From Bacteroidia bacterium (GTDB lineage: Bacteria; Bacteroidota; Bacteroidia; Bacteroidales; CAJPTX01), in the NCBI GenBank assembly GCA_013333195.2, contig JABCPG020000023.1, positions 7,970 through 71,969 on the forward strand: 64,000 bases of DNA, read 5' to 3'. Numbering within the stretch: the first letter of the stretch is position 1; each line of letters opens with the position of its first letter. This document shows positions 17,653 to 30,700 of this stretch, piece by piece. The notes under the pieces were generated by a model. That model was not told where the DNA came from, ran no database searches, and saw nothing but the letters and a program-made list of their open reading frames with translations. The position numbers and the translations under genes are program-made.

Positions 17653-20217
17653 ATGCAGTTAAACGAGTTACGCAAGGGCGAAAGCGCCCGTATTTTGCGG
17701 GTGCATGGAACGGGAGCTTTTAGGAAACGAATCCTAGAAATGGGGTTCGTGCAGGGACAAGAGGTTACGATGCGAGGGCGCGCCCCTTTGGGAGATCCCT
17801 GCCTGCTCACCGTGATGGGGTACTGCGTTACGCTGCGTGAAGATGAGCTCCGACTTATTGATGTCGAACCGCTTGCCGCGAAGAACGAATCGTCCGCACG
17901 GACGTTGGAAGATGATGAGGGCACCGCGGGATCCGCCGAGGATGCTTTCAAAGAAAGTGCGCCGCAGGAAGGTAAAGCGTTGCAGAAACCGTCCCGCGTT
18001 ATTCGTGTGGCTCTAGTTGGAAATCCCAATAGCGGGAAAACGTCGCTATTTAACTTCGCCGCGGGGGCAAAGGAGCATACAGGCAATTATAGCGGGGTGA
18101 CGATAGAGTCTAAGACGGCCCATTTCACCCATGGGGAGTACACGATTGCTATAACAGATTTGCCGGGGACGTATAGTCTCACCGCGTATTCACCGGAAGA
18201 GCGTTACGTGCGTGAATTCATTACGAAGGAGGCGCCTGATGTGGTGATAAACGTAGTTGATACCACCAACCTGGATCGGAGTCTGTACCTCACGTTGCAA
18301 TTGCGTGAGATGGGGGCGCGAGTTGCGATTGCGCTAAATATGTACGATGAATTCCAATCCCAAGGAGGGCGGATTAACCGTTTGGTGCTGGGAGAGATGC
18401 TTGGAGTAGTCTCTACTCCGACAGTGGGCCGTACCGGGTTAGGCATAAGGAATTTGCTAGACAGCGTTGTAGGACTCTATGAGCGAGGGACAGGAGGTAG
18501 CGTTGATGTTGTTAGCGAGTATGGCGAGACGGTGGTGTCAAGCGTTGCGACTGTGCAGAAGGCGTTGTCGCCCCTGGCGGAAGTTGAGCGTTGGAGCGTG
18601 CAGGAGACGCGCCATGTCGCGCTAAAACTAATTGAAAAGGACCAGGAGATAACGCAGCGTATCCAGACGGCTTCCCTTGATGCGACATCGCGAGCTGCGA
18701 TAGGAGATGCAATACAAGCGTTAGAAAAACAAACGGGCGAAGATAGTGAGACCTACGTTACGGATGCGCGTTACGCTTTTATTGCCAGGGTAGTGCAGCG
18801 TGCGTATACGCGGAGGTTACGTAAGGAGCAGAAGTCTTTACAGCATAAAATTGATAGCGTTCTAACTAACCGTTGGTTGGGGCTTCCTATATTTTTCGGG
18901 TTGATCTTTTTGATATTTTGGCTCACGTTTACGGTGGGAGAGTACCCGCTGCAGTGGATTGAGAGCCTAGTGGGGTGGATCGGCGGCCTGGTAGAGACGT
19001 ATTTCCCCGCCGGGCCCCTGCGCGATTTAATAGAGGGTGCCGTAATAGGAGGGGTGGGCAATGTGATCGTGTTCTTACCGCACATCATGATTCTATTTTT
19101 TTGCATTGCTATGCTGGAGGATACCGGGTACATGGCGCGCGCGGTGTTCCTCATAGATAGGGTGATGCGCGGGGTTGGGCTGCATGGGCATTCGTTCATT
19201 CCGCTGGTCATGGGTTTCGGGTGTAACGTGCCCGCGATAATGGCGACGCGCGCGATAGCGGATCGGAAGGTACGTTTGACCACGATGCTGGTGAATCCCT
19301 TTATGTCTTGCAGCGCGCGGCTCCCGGTTTACGTTCTTCTGATATATTCGCTCTTCCCATCGCATCATGGGGCATTGCTGTTCGGGATTTACCTATTGGG
19401 CATTGCTGTTGCAATGTTAACAGCGTGGATTTTTCGAAAGACGTTACTCCGTGGGGATGATACCCCCTTTGTTATGGAGATGCCGCCCTACCGAGTTCCG
19501 ACGCTTCGGTCGACCTTGCTGCATATGTGGCGCAAGGCTTCCCAATATTTACGGAAGATGGGTTCTGTGATTCTGCTAGCCTCCGTCATCATCTGGTTTT
19601 TTAGCTATTTCCCGGCTACGACGCCTCGTGATGAAGAATTTGAACAGCGCACGGAACAGCTTGAAAATCGATTGGCCCTCTACGCGGGAGGAAACGGGTC
19701 GACCGATGAGGATACGCTCACAATGCAGGAGCAACGTGATTCGTTGAAGCAGGAGTTGGCGGTTGTTGCTAACGAGCGGATGACATTGCAGCAACGTAAT
19801 TCGATGCTGGGGCGTGTGGGGCGTGCGATAGAACCAGTGATAGAGCCTTTGGGATTTGATTGGCGTATAGGGGTGAGCTTGCTGTCTGGATTTGCTGCTA
19901 AGGAGGTAGTGGTCAGCACTCTGGGAGCCTTGTTGCAAACTGGTGCGGATGTGGATGAGGAGAGCGTGCTGCTGCGCGATAGGATCCGCACGGTGCGCGT
20001 TGAGGCAGGACCGCGTGCTGGCGATTTACTCTTCACACCACTTGTGGCGTTGACGATGCTGGTTTTCGTCCTGCTATACGTTCCTTGCATTGCCGCGGTA
20101 GCGGCCATCAAGAAGGAGTCTGGCGGGTGGAGATGGGCAGCTTTTGCCGTGTGCTACAGCACCTCCCTTGCATACCTCCTTTCCTTGCTAGTCTATCAGG
20201 TAGGGAGTTTATTTTAG
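17653..20217 (+). CDS. feoB: Fused FeoA-FeoB ferrous iron transporter
   Basis: N-terminal FeoA SH3-like domain (MQLNELRKGESARILRVHG), G-domain VALVGNPNSGKTSLFN / DLPGTYSL, then a large polytopic membrane domain. Start set at MQLNEL; the ORF track starts at 17566. Confidence 0.92.
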   Translation: MQLNELRKGESARILRVHGTGAFRKRILEMGFVQGQEVTMRGRAPLGDPCLLTVMGYCVTLREDELRLIDVEPLAAKNESSARTLEDDEGTAGSAEDAFKESAPQEGKALQKPSRVIRVALVGNPNSGKTSLFNFAAGAKEHTGNYSGVTIESKTAHFTHGEYTIAITDLPGTYSLTAYSPEERYVREFITKEAPDVVINVVDTTNLDRSLYLTLQLREMGARVAIALNMYDEFQSQGGRINRLVLGEMLGVVSTPTVGRTGLGIRNLLDSVVGLYERGTGGSVDVVSEYGETVVSSVATVQKALSPLAEVERWSVQETRHVALKLIEKDQEITQRIQTASLDATSRAAIGDAIQALEKQTGEDSETYVTDARYAFIARVVQRAYTRRLRKEQKSLQHKIDSVLTNRWLGLPIFFGLIFLIFWLTFTVGEYPLQWIESLVGWIGGLVETYFPAGPLRDLIEGAVIGGVGNVIVFLPHIMILFFCIAMLEDTGYMARAVFLIDRVMRGVGLHGHSFIPLVMGFGCNVPAIMATRAIADRKVRLTTMLVNPFMSCSARLPVYVLLIYSLFPSHHGALLFGIYLLGIAVAMLTAWIFRKTLLRGDDTPFVMEMPPYRVPTLRSTLLHMWRKASQYLRKMGSVILLASVIIWFFSYFPATTPRDEEFEQRTEQLENRLALYAGGNGSTDEDTLTMQEQRDSLKQELAVVANERMTLQQRNSMLGRVGRAIEPVIEPLGFDWRIGVSLLSGFAAKEVVVSTLGALLQTGADVDEESVLLRDRIRTVRVEAGPRAGDLLFTPLVALTMLVFVLLYVPCIAAVAAIKKESGGWRWAAFAVCYSTSLAYLLSLLVYQVGSLF

Positions 20218-20237
20218 GGGGAGAATCGGAATATTGC

Positions 20238-20245
20238 TATCTTTG
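20238..20245 (+). promoter_or_regulatory. -7 promoter box TATCTTTG upstream of plsY
   Basis: Perfect TAnnTTTG, 23 nt upstream of the ATG at 20268. Confidence 0.5.
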
Positions 20246-20267
20246 CGAAAAGAAAAACGATAGGGAT

Positions 20268-20942
20268 ATGATGATAGCATTAGCAATTGTTGGCGTGGCG
20301 CTCGTAGGCTATTTGTTGGGTAGTATGCCTTGGTCAGTATGGATAGGGCGTTGGTTTTATGATATAGATGTACGTGGGTATGGCAGTGGCAATGCCGGCG
20401 CGACGAATACGATACGGGTTTTGGGCATATTGCCGGGATTGCTGGTTTTTACGCTTGATGTGCTCAAGGGATTGCTGTCTGTGCTGGTTGCGTGGCAAGT
20501 GGGTGGGTTGCTGATTGCGCAAGGAGCGCTGGATGGGAGCTGGGGCGTGCCCATACAGTTGCTAGGCGGAGTGTGCGCATTTTTAGGCCATGTGTTCCCT
20601 ATCTTTGCGGGGTTTCGTGGGGGAAAAGGAGTGGCCACGCTTTGTGGCGTGGTGCTTGGTCTGCATCCGTTGGCCACACTTTCGGCGCTTGGTGTATTTG
20701 CATTGGTTTTACTGGTGACCCGCTACGTTTCGTTGGGATCGATGCTGGCGGCATTGTCCTTTCCCTTTTTCTTGTACTTCGTATATGGTGAGCGTAATCC
20801 TTGGCTAACAGCGGTTTCGATAGTGCTAGTAGTGATGATTATAGTGACGCATAGGGCGAATATCGGACGGTTACTGCACGGAAAGGAATCCCGCTTCTCC
20901 CCTTCGCGCGCGGGGATGCGGAATCAGGTGAAGAAGGGGTAG
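20268..20942 (+). CDS. plsY: Glycerol-3-phosphate acyltransferase PlsY
   Basis: GYLLGSMPWSVWIG, GSGNAGATN and FRGGKGVAT motifs. The ORF-track start at 20085 would overlap feoB, so the internal MMIALAI start is chosen. Confidence 0.9.
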   Translation: MMIALAIVGVALVGYLLGSMPWSVWIGRWFYDIDVRGYGSGNAGATNTIRVLGILPGLLVFTLDVLKGLLSVLVAWQVGGLLIAQGALDGSWGVPIQLLGGVCAFLGHVFPIFAGFRGGKGVATLCGVVLGLHPLATLSALGVFALVLLVTRYVSLGSMLAALSFPFFLYFVYGERNPWLTAVSIVLVVMIIVTHRANIGRLLHGKESRFSPSRAGMRNQVKKG

Positions 20943-21088
20943 TTCCGGTTGGTCTAGTATTATAGTAGTTTTGCGGAAGCTGCGGTTTCCTGGTTTTCTT
21001 TTTCCACCCATTCGCTATGGATGGGTGGAGTTGTATTCAGCAGGGTATTTTTTTCGATTCTTAGAGAATTTAAGCGGAGCGAAAAGGG

Positions 21089-21619
21089 ATGGGGGTGCGT
21101 GTGCGGAAGGGCGTAATGGAGCTGGGTCAAAGCAAAGAACGTTTTCCATTGGTTTTGTTGGTTGAAGATGTGCGAAGCTTACAGAATGTGGGAGCATTGT
21201 TTCGTTTAGCGGATTGTATGGGGGTTGCGGAGGTAGCTCTATGCGGGATTACCGGGATTCCACCCCATCGAGATATCCATCGCACCGCCCTAGGGGCAGA
21301 GGAGATGGTGTCTTGGCGCTACTTTACGTGTGGTGCAGAAGCAGTTGTGGAGTACGCGGGACGAGGCTATGAGGTGGTTGCGCTGGAGCAGGTGCGAGGG
21401 AGTATGCGCGTGGATGCGTATAGCCCGAAAAAATGTGGCGTAGTGCTAGTGGTTGGAAACGAGGTGGATGGGGTGAGCGATGCCCTGCTGCAGCAGAGCG
21501 ATGTCTGCGTGGAGATTCCGCAAAGGGGTAAAAAGCATTCGCTCAACGTGGCGACTGCCGCGGCGGTTGCGCTGTGGGAGATTTCAAAGAAGTTGGCAGG
21601 GGAAGTGCAGGAAGAGTAA
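21089..21619 (+). CDS. SpoU/TrmH-family RNA 2'-O-methyltransferase
   Basis: SPOUT motifs NVGALFRLADCMGV, VVGNEVDGVS and HSLNVATAAAVALWE. An alternative start lies at 21116. Confidence 0.8.
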   Translation: MGVRVRKGVMELGQSKERFPLVLLVEDVRSLQNVGALFRLADCMGVAEVALCGITGIPPHRDIHRTALGAEEMVSWRYFTCGAEAVVEYAGRGYEVVALEQVRGSMRVDAYSPKKCGVVLVVGNEVDGVSDALLQQSDVCVEIPQRGKKHSLNVATAAAVALWEISKKLAGEVQEE

Positions 21620-21792
21620 TTTTTTTTGCGCGAGGAAATACGCCTTAGGTGAAAGGTGCGCCTTGGTGCGGTTTCTTTGCCGAATCTGTAACAAGCAGCG
21701 GTGGTATTTCGTTGAACATAGGGGAGGGGGATTGGTGCGTGGTGGGAGGATGGAGTGTTTATTTCTTTCTAAGAGGTTAAAAGACAGGTCAT

Positions 21793-24700
21793 ATGAGTGC
21801 GGTGCGAAAGTTGGTGAAGGTGCTACTAGCGGTGTCATTGATATTGCTAGGCGGTGAGGCGTGGTCACAATGGGTACTCCCGCCAGATTATTCCCGGGAT
21901 AACAATGCGCAGAATCCGCGAGATATGCGCGGGGGCAAGAATCCTGGGATGTCGTTGCTATACTACGAGAATTTTGAGAAAGACAAGTCGAGCGGCGTTG
22001 TCACGGAGTGGGGCGTGGTGCCAGCGGGCTGGCGTCAGGAGAGCGTAAAGCCCAATAACTCAGGGGCCTTTTCATATTGGAAACTTGAACCGGGCGGAGG
22101 TCAGCCGCGAAAGGATGCGTTCCGTATGCCATTCAATTCGTATGATGGTAAACAGAATATCGTTTGCTATGGGAAGACCTCTGGAGCGGAACAGCGGTTG
22201 GTGACGCCGACGATGGATTTGACGAGCGTGGAGAATGGAGACCCGCGTTTAATTTTTTACTACGCCTCCCCTAAGGAGTCGAATGGTTTCTGCCGTTTGC
22301 GTTTGCAGTACCGAGTGGGAAGCGGTGGTCAATGGAAGGCGATTCCTGGTGCTCCGGAATTGCTAAATGTAGAGAATTGGACGCAGGTGTCTGTGCGTTT
22401 GCCCAAGGATTTGCGCAAAAAAGACGTGCAGCTGGGCTTCTACTCGATTCAGAACAACGGCTATGGGACCTCGATAGACGAGGTTTACGTGGTTAATATG
22501 GAGGCGGCGCGGGCTGAGGTGCGGGCGTTCGATCTATATCCTCAGTCCCCGCTGGTGGCAAGAGGTGCTAAGAAAGTGCCTTTGATGCGCATAGAGGTGG
22601 CCGTGGGTCCTGGCGGAGGGAAGCTCAAGCTGGAGGATCTGTGCAACCAGGGGCATGCGACTAAGTTGTACGCGACGGATAAGAATGGTAGAAAGCTAGT
22701 GACTGCCCTTACTAATATAGCATTATATGTTGGGCAGGGCAGCGTTTTCTCCTCGGCAAAGTATGCGGCTGATATTGTGACAGTTCCCGATGCGGGAGAG
22801 GCATCCTACAAGGTGTCTGCATTAACGGTGAAAGATCATTCAGCGTTGTGTATGGATGGGGGGAACGTGTACAGCGTGTGGATAGTTGCCGATGTGGTTG
22901 ATCAGGAAAGCGTGCCCTTCAAGTCGAAAATTTGGGTCAATGTTGATGAGCAGTCGTGCAAGTTTGTAGCGTATGGTGCGAATGAACCCGATGCGACGTT
23001 GGGCGGGAATGATAAGCATTTCTTCCCGACGGAAGGGAATTCCTACGCAACTCCTGTGGAGCAGCGATCAATAGTTTACAAGAGCCTCTTTTCAGATGAT
23101 TTTGAGGCGGGTATGGGGAAATGGAAATTGCCTACGGGAGTACCGTCCCAGCTGTGGGCAGTGGGTAATCCGTCGCCGAATGCGGCGGCATATACGGCTG
23201 CGGGGAAGACGCGCAACGAGGCGCAGGTTAATTCAGCATATTCCGGAACGAAGGTGCTGGCCACAGGAGAGCTATTGAATGGAGGAGATGTTCTTAGGGC
23301 GCGTCAGTTCTCAAGAATGATTCTAGCTGATGAGGCGGGTAAGCCAGGGGTTTGGATTGAGATGAATCAAGGCCAGCTACTCGATGCGTCTACCCTAAAA
23401 GATGTGAATCTTATGTTCCAGAAATCGTTCAACACTCCGTATGGGATGGTGTTCTGCGTGGATGGACAGTATGAGGGGGAGACTACGTGGGTGGAATTTT
23501 CGCATTACGACCTCACCTCGTCCGATTGGCAGGGGTGGCAGCCCCTTTCGCTGCGTCTTGACAAGGCAGATGGGCGGAAGTTCAAGCTGCGTTTGCGTGC
23601 GTTTTACGCGGGTAACTATGAGAGCTACACAGGTTTTATACTTGATGATATTCAGCTGTTAGGAGATGAGGTGCAGGATGATGTCGGGGTGAGCGGTTTA
23701 AGCGTCAGCGAAAGCTGGAACAACGGCCAGGATCGAGGGATAAGATTTACCGTGCATAATTACGGAAAGAATCCGCAGTCGAATGTCACGTACGATGTGT
23801 ATATAGATGGTCAGAAGGCGTTAGGGGGCCAAAGCCTTGGTGCGACGTTGCAGTCGGGAGGGAGTAAAGAGGTTGAGATAAAGCCGACGGGAGGTTTTGC
23901 GCAGCTGTATGCCGATGCCAAGAAAGATAATACGCACCATGTTGAGGTTCGTCTCACGCTGAGCGGTGATGAGGATCAAGGCAATAATGTGGCGCAGGTA
24001 TCGACCTACTCATTCCCCACGATTGAGGTGAACGATGAGAAGTTTTACCCGGAGCAATTCGGGGAGCCGATGAGACACTGGTATGGCGAGCCGTACAAGG
24101 AAGGGTATAAGTCTACCTGGCTGTTCAATTCGGTGTATAACATATCAAAGTGTAGAGATAATCAGGGGAAGATAGCTGGTCGTTTTGGTTCTGGTTTGCT
24201 GCTGGGGAGTTACATCTGGACGACTGGGGATCAACAGGCGTTGGGGTATGAACAGTCCGTACTGCTGAGTCCTATATTTTCGATAAGCACGGCGGATGCA
24301 ACGGTTAAAAAACCGAAAGAGATTGTGTTTGCCTACGCGACGGAGGGGGATCAGGTTGAGGTCTACGTAGAATACCATACGGAGACGGATAAAACGTGGA
24401 AGCGGCTCGAGAAGTCAACCGACTGGGAAAGAGGTTGGTACGATGGTGGTGCGGTGTGGAAAGGAACGACCGATGGGTACAAGATAGTGAAAACGCAGCT
24501 CCCTGAGGCTTTGCAGGGGAAAGGCGGCCAACCAGTAAAGGCGCAGTTCCGGATGTATTTCTTCAATAGGACCCCGGAGCGGGCTGGCGGTGTGGCGGTT
24601 AATGGAGTGGAGTTACGCCCGATGCGTGCGGATCTGAGCGTTGTGAGCGTTACGCCTGAGGGAGGGTGCGCCAAACCTCTTGGCAATGAAGAGACGCTAA

Positions 24701-27700
24701 AGATCACGATTAAGAATAGTGAGAAGCCAGAAGTGGCGCAGGAAGAGTTGTTGCTCCCGGTGTCGATAGAGGTGAAGAGGGGGAATGACACGTATCGTGA
24801 AGTAAAATTGATACAGCTGCCTAAACTTGAGAAAGGGGTGCAGAAAGAGTTCGATACGGAGGTTCAGATGCCGTGGGGTGCAGTGCAGGGGGTGAATAGC
24901 ACGGTTCGTGTGATCCTACTGCCCCAGAATAGCGAAAAAGGCTTGGCAGATGAAGATGTGAGCAATAACGAATATGGGCAGGAGATTACGGCAAAAGTTC
25001 CGGGCCAGCTACCGTTGCGTGAGGTTGTTGTTGAGAACGGAAAGTATGTGCTATATTCTTCCATTGGAAAGAACTTACAGCTTTTGAATGGGCCTGGCGA
25101 TGGCTATGAGGGTTACACGTTTGAAAATTTTTCAATAACGTCCGGCACGGCGGCAACGGTTACGGGAAACACCTTTAGGGTGAATAAATATGACGAAGAG
25201 GTAACGTTGCAGTACAAAGTGAAAGAGAGCGAATGCGAGGTGAACCTCCCCATAATGATTAAGGAGGCGAAGTGCGATGTATACGTGGAGAAGATAGCGC
25301 TGCCCGCGGATCAACCCGATGTGGATTGCAAGAGCGAGAAGGATGAATTGCGGTTTGTGGTAACTATAAGAGACCGTTTTACGCCTAGCAATCCCCGAAA
25401 TTTGCGTTTGGTAGTAACCCAGGGAGGGCGTGAATTGTATAACGAATCAGCAGAGCTAGGGGAGGGTAGAGAAGTGAAGGTGCGCGGGGTTCGTCGCGGG
25501 GGCGGGGTGCTGAAATTCACGGCGGTAGCAGGTGCGGATGCTGACGGCAGCAATAATACGAAGCCTTACGACAGGGAGATATTGCTATATCCGGATCCCT
25601 TGACGGTGTTCCTGCAGGATATTAACGAGACGTCCTATATGCGCAAGGTGGAGCCCGATATTGTAAAGGGGGAGAATACGTATGGGACGCGTCAATGGCA
25701 GCTGTACGTACCTAGCGTGTCGGGTATAGATTCGATCCATTGGAAACGCAATAACGTGGAATTGCCGGCGGATAAGAAGGGATATCTATACAAATTGGGT
25801 GCTACTAGCGGTGTGCTGGAAGCCTACGTATCTTTGAAGGAGGGGAATGAAGAGAGATGCGCGAGGAAGAAGGTGTTCGAAGTTAAAATCAATAATGAGG
25901 ATGTAGAGGTTCGCGGCCTAGGAGGAGCGACGGGTCTTTCGACGCTTTGCGCGGATGAGCGTGGTGATTACAATTTATACGTAGAGTTGGCAAATCTGTC
26001 GTGGGTAACGTATGCGAGAGAGCGGTGGATGGCGTTCAGATTGTCGAAAGCAGATGGGAGCGATGCGGAAGATATAGCAGTTGAGCTGACCGATGATTGG
26101 TATCCTGGAGATTCCCGTGTGCTGTCCCTTGGAAAGCTACCGAGTAAACTACGACCCGCGCAAGGAGCATCGGCTGCGAGCTTTAAGGTTGAATATCTAG
26201 GTGTTTACGAGGATTTGGAAAAGACGAAAGTTGCGCAGGATGCCAATACTCAGAATAATGTGAAGATTAGTGAGTTGAAGCTATCCACAGCGCCAAAATT
26301 GCAGTGGAGCGGGATTGCTGCGGTAGCTGGGGGAGAGTATGTGGTGAAGAAGGTATTCCCCGTTGGGAGCACGGCGGCAAGTGCTAAGCTGACGGTTGAT
26401 GATGGTGGGGAAGCGGGCATGAGCTACGCTTGGTATAGCAAGTCGTCGGGAGGTGATGCTTGGAGTCCTATACTGAGCGGAGGACAACTGAAGAAAGAAT
26501 ACCAGATATACGGAGTCGCGGAAGATTGCTACAAGGTAGAGGTTACGAATCTTTCGGGTTGTATGTCAGAGATTTCGATGCGGTATATTCAGACGGATGT
26601 GCGTTTCGACGATATAAAGCCCTTGTTGAGTCCGGATTCTCTCTGCTCCATCCATGATAATGATGGAAGCGTGATGGTTCGGCTTAAGAATAGCGGGAGC
26701 AAGCCGTTAACACGGAAAGAGAAGTTTAAGATAAAGTTTTCGCTCAATAGGGTAACGTACGAGAGTGCTGAGATGACCTTTAATGGTTTGTACAACCCGA
26801 ATGAGCCGATAGAGATTCTTGTAAAAAATGTGGATTTGAGCGAAGCGATACGGGATGCGAAAGGAGGGAGACTCAATATAAATAACCTGGAGCTGGTTGT
26901 GATTGATGACTGGGCGGTCACAACGATAGGCAAAAGGATTGCTTCAGTGCGGTTGACAGAGAAGGGGAATCCAGATCCGAGAGTTTACCTGTTCAAGGAG
27001 CTGCAAGCGGTGAATTTTGTAGGGATTGACAGGGATAAGCTGGTGGGTCCGGAAGAAGGGGTGAGCAAGAGCGCCGAGGTGAGCATTGACAATACCTTTG
27101 GTACGTTGCTGGCGTATGTGAAAAAAGGGAAGGGAGAGACCGCGAAGTGGCGTTGGCGCTACCAGAGTGGTAAAGTGGAAGATGTGCCTCTAACCGCTAC
27201 GCGTGAAGATTCGTTGGTCGAGATTCCGACGGATGTTCAGAAGCAGTGGATGCGAGATCATATTCAAGATGTAGGAGCCTTAGAGGGGACGTTGAATGAG
27301 CCTCGCCAGCCCAATGGTATCTACACTGTGGAAGTGGCCGATAAGAACTTGTGCCGATCGCGGGTTAGGTTCTCCGTTGAAGAAAAGGCGTACGATATTG
27401 CATTGTTCTCTTTGACGGTGCCTCGGAGCGCATGCGATTTAAATCCCGAGAAGATGGGATATAGCAAGGTGGTTGTTGCGTTCCGGAATGTGGGTTCTAT
27501 GCCGATAGGGAAAAATGAAGAGATAAAACTAACCCTGAACCGCGAGGATATAAAGACGGAGGCGCTGAAAGAGGAGTGGGAAAAGGCTGTGTACGCTGAG
27601 TATTTGGCGAGCGAAGCAGGGAAAGCTACCTTTGAGAAGGTATACAAGGTCGGTGAACTGTACGGAGGTAAAGATTTAGAGAGCGGCGGGGTGATGCAGG

Positions 27701-30700
27701 TGGAGGTACCGGTCACGCTTTACCGAGAGGGTGCAGATGATGGAGGAGTGGTGCGCTCGGCGCTCGATGGCATGAAGTTTAAATTCACAGCGCGGGTCGA
27801 TTTTGTCGATGCGGTGAAGTGCAACGAAACGAATAAAACGAACAATGAGTCGAATCAAACGGCCGAGATACAGGATTATCCGACGCCTCGAGTGACAAAG
27901 TTCACGGTGAAGGGTAAGGCTGCGCAGGTTGCCTCGCGTAAGGGGAAAGGTGACTATTACATTCGGAAGAACGATGATCCTAACACGTTGGTGGTAGGAG
28001 CGAGCGTTACGCCTTCGACGAATATAACAAGTAAGTGGTGGTTTAGAGGTTCTCTGAAGGGAAATGGTATGACCTCGCTTGAAGAACCCGATATGACCGG
28101 AGTAAATGTGACAGGGACAGGCGAACTATACGTTCAACTCAAGCTCGAAGGGGAAAAGGGGTGTGAAGGTGATGGGTCGATATACATAATGGAAAATGAG
28201 CCGGATCTTGTAGTGGCTGAGAAGGTGGAAGGGTTGCCGAAAGAGCTTTGCCCTGAGGATGTGTCGGGAGCAAAAAAGGTGAAAGTGTGGCTGAAGAATG
28301 CTTCGCCCGCACCGCTCATCGTGGATGAGACGAAGTGTGGAAAGAGTGGAGTTCAACCTTCGAAGGTGACGGTAACGCTGAAAGATCAGCTTACCGGTGG
28401 GACAAAGGTAGTTGAGAAAAGCGCGGAAGAGCTGTTTGGGAAGAGCGATTTGTACTCGTACGTGTGGAAAGAAAGGCAATCAGGAAGTGGGGAATGGGAG
28501 AAGAGTAGCACTCCTACGGTATCGAACGGAGTTGGGTTAAGCGGTTTTGGTGAGGTTTCGATAGAGATAGATGGGTTCCAGTTTGGTAGTGAGAAGTGGG
28601 TGGCGAATGCAGTAGGCGCGATAGAGGTGTCTTTTGTAGGCGGATGTGAGAAGAATACGAATAACAATTCGCGTCAGTTCGATGTAAAGGTTCGCCCTGT
28701 ACCTAATATGGATGGGGTGCTGACATCGGCGAAGACGTTCTACGTGAAGCGCGGAACGACGGCTCACTGGAAAGAGGAATGGACGACAGACCAGAAGCTT
28801 CAAAAGAGTATGACGTGGGGTTTGCGCGGTGAGCAGGGGATGCCGGTTCAGGCGGAGGATGTGTCGTCGGATAAGCTGGGGCTTTCGCTCAGTGCCTCTG
28901 CATCAGGTACGTATGTTTTGAAGGTTAGAGATGAGATGGGATGCGTAGGGAGCAAGGAGCAGGAGGTGTCGCTACCTGGATTCTTGTCGTTAGTGGATGA
29001 TGCTATAAAAGTTGAGCCGAGCGATTTGGTAACCGGTTCTTGCGATTACAAGCAGAGTGAGCAGAAGCTGAAAGTGTCGGTGGTTAATGATGGAAATACG
29101 GTTCTAGATCTTGCGGGTAAGCGCATTCAGCTGAAGTTTGACATGAAGCGTGATGGCGTTGTGGTTAGCACGCTGCCGCTGGAGTATACGTTTAGCTCGA
29201 GTGAGTCCTCGTTGGAAGTGGGCGGCACGAAGGCGATAGAGGTCGAGATGTTTAAGAACTACGATCTTAGCGAAGCGGGTATCTATCAGCTTGCGTTTTC
29301 GCTTGAGACTGGGAAAACACCTCCAGTGGATGAAGCGCCAGCAAATATGCGTGGGGGAGAGCGTAATGTGGAGATCAGGAGGTACTACAATCCGAGCGAA
29401 TCAATTAGTTGGACGCAGCAGCTAGCGGAGTATTTCGATGCGGGTTCTAACTATAAGGCTCTGGAAAAGACAAAGGTTGGGGATCCAAAGACCTTCAAAC
29501 TTTATGGTCTTGGCGACTATCACCAAAATGTGAGTAGCGCGTCCTACCAGAGTTTGAAAAAAGCTGGGACGATGTGGACGTGGTATGTTGATGGGAAGGA
29601 GGTAGAGGGTCCATCGCCGGATGTGTATGTGAAAGAATTTACGAAGCCTGCGCCTGATGGGTGGTTAAAGGTTAAACTTGCCACTGTCAATGGGTGCGAG
29701 CAGGTATCGGATTCGATAGAGCTTCGTTGGCTTAAGGAATATGGATTCTCCTCGATAGCACTCAGCCCGATGAGTAGCCAGATGTGCTCCGATTTGCAGT
29801 CCGGTTCGGCTGATGATCTCAAGGACGTGAAGGGTTCCTTCATGCTTGCCAAGGCGGATGGTGTGCTTCCTAAGGGGGAGACCATAACGTTACGGTTCTC
29901 GCATATGAAAGAGGGGAGCGGCACGTGGGAGACGACGAATTATCCGATAGTGTTAGACAAGGATTACGTAGAAGGAGAGCGGATTCCCTTCATATTCAAG
30001 GTTCGTTTTGAGCCTGGAAAGCATGGAGTGCAGATGAGCGGAGGAGAGTATCATGACACACGGTCGGGTCGGTACTGGCAGATAGGTGCGAGCCAAGGAG
30101 TTCCGGTGGAGTTTGAAGTGAAAGCTAATCCCTATTTCGTTGCGGCTTTGGAGAGAGAGCAAAAGGCGTACGGAAAACCGTACCTCATTAAGCTGCCAGA
30201 TGCGGCTCCAGGAAAATCGGGAGATTGGGTGAAGTATAATTGGGAGAATGAGGGAGCCAAGGAGGATAAGAATTACGAGGTTAGAGTAAGTAAGGATTAT
30301 CAAGTGGTGGTGATGGAGGAGAATGGTTGCAGCCTGAAAGAGGGTATACACGTTGATTTTTACTATAAGTATGATGTCGTTGTTGATCAGGGTGAGGGAC
30401 GAATTGAGGTGATTGATGCGCAAAACGGAGTGTCATACTCTGCGGGTGAGCAGGCGATAAAGGATGGTGCGAAGGTGAAGTTTAATGTTTTGCCTGGTTC
30501 GCAATACGAGATTTTAGGCGTTTTGGTGGGAGACGATCCTAGCGTGGATTGGACGAAAGAGTATCCTGTAACGTCTGATTTTAAGCTTCTCGTTTCGTTC
30601 CGAAAGAAGCAGAACGAGAATCCCGGGACGAATCCTACTGCTGTTGAAAGTGAGATGCTGCGCGGTGTGCAAACTGTGAACCCCTTTACAAATGCGCTTA

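Noticed and set aside
20990-21025. Hairpin ccacccat...atgggtgg downstream of plsY as a terminator.
   Set aside because: The T-rich run precedes the stem on the plus strand instead of following it, and on the minus strand the stem is followed by A residues. The 8-bp stem with a 9-nt loop is weak.
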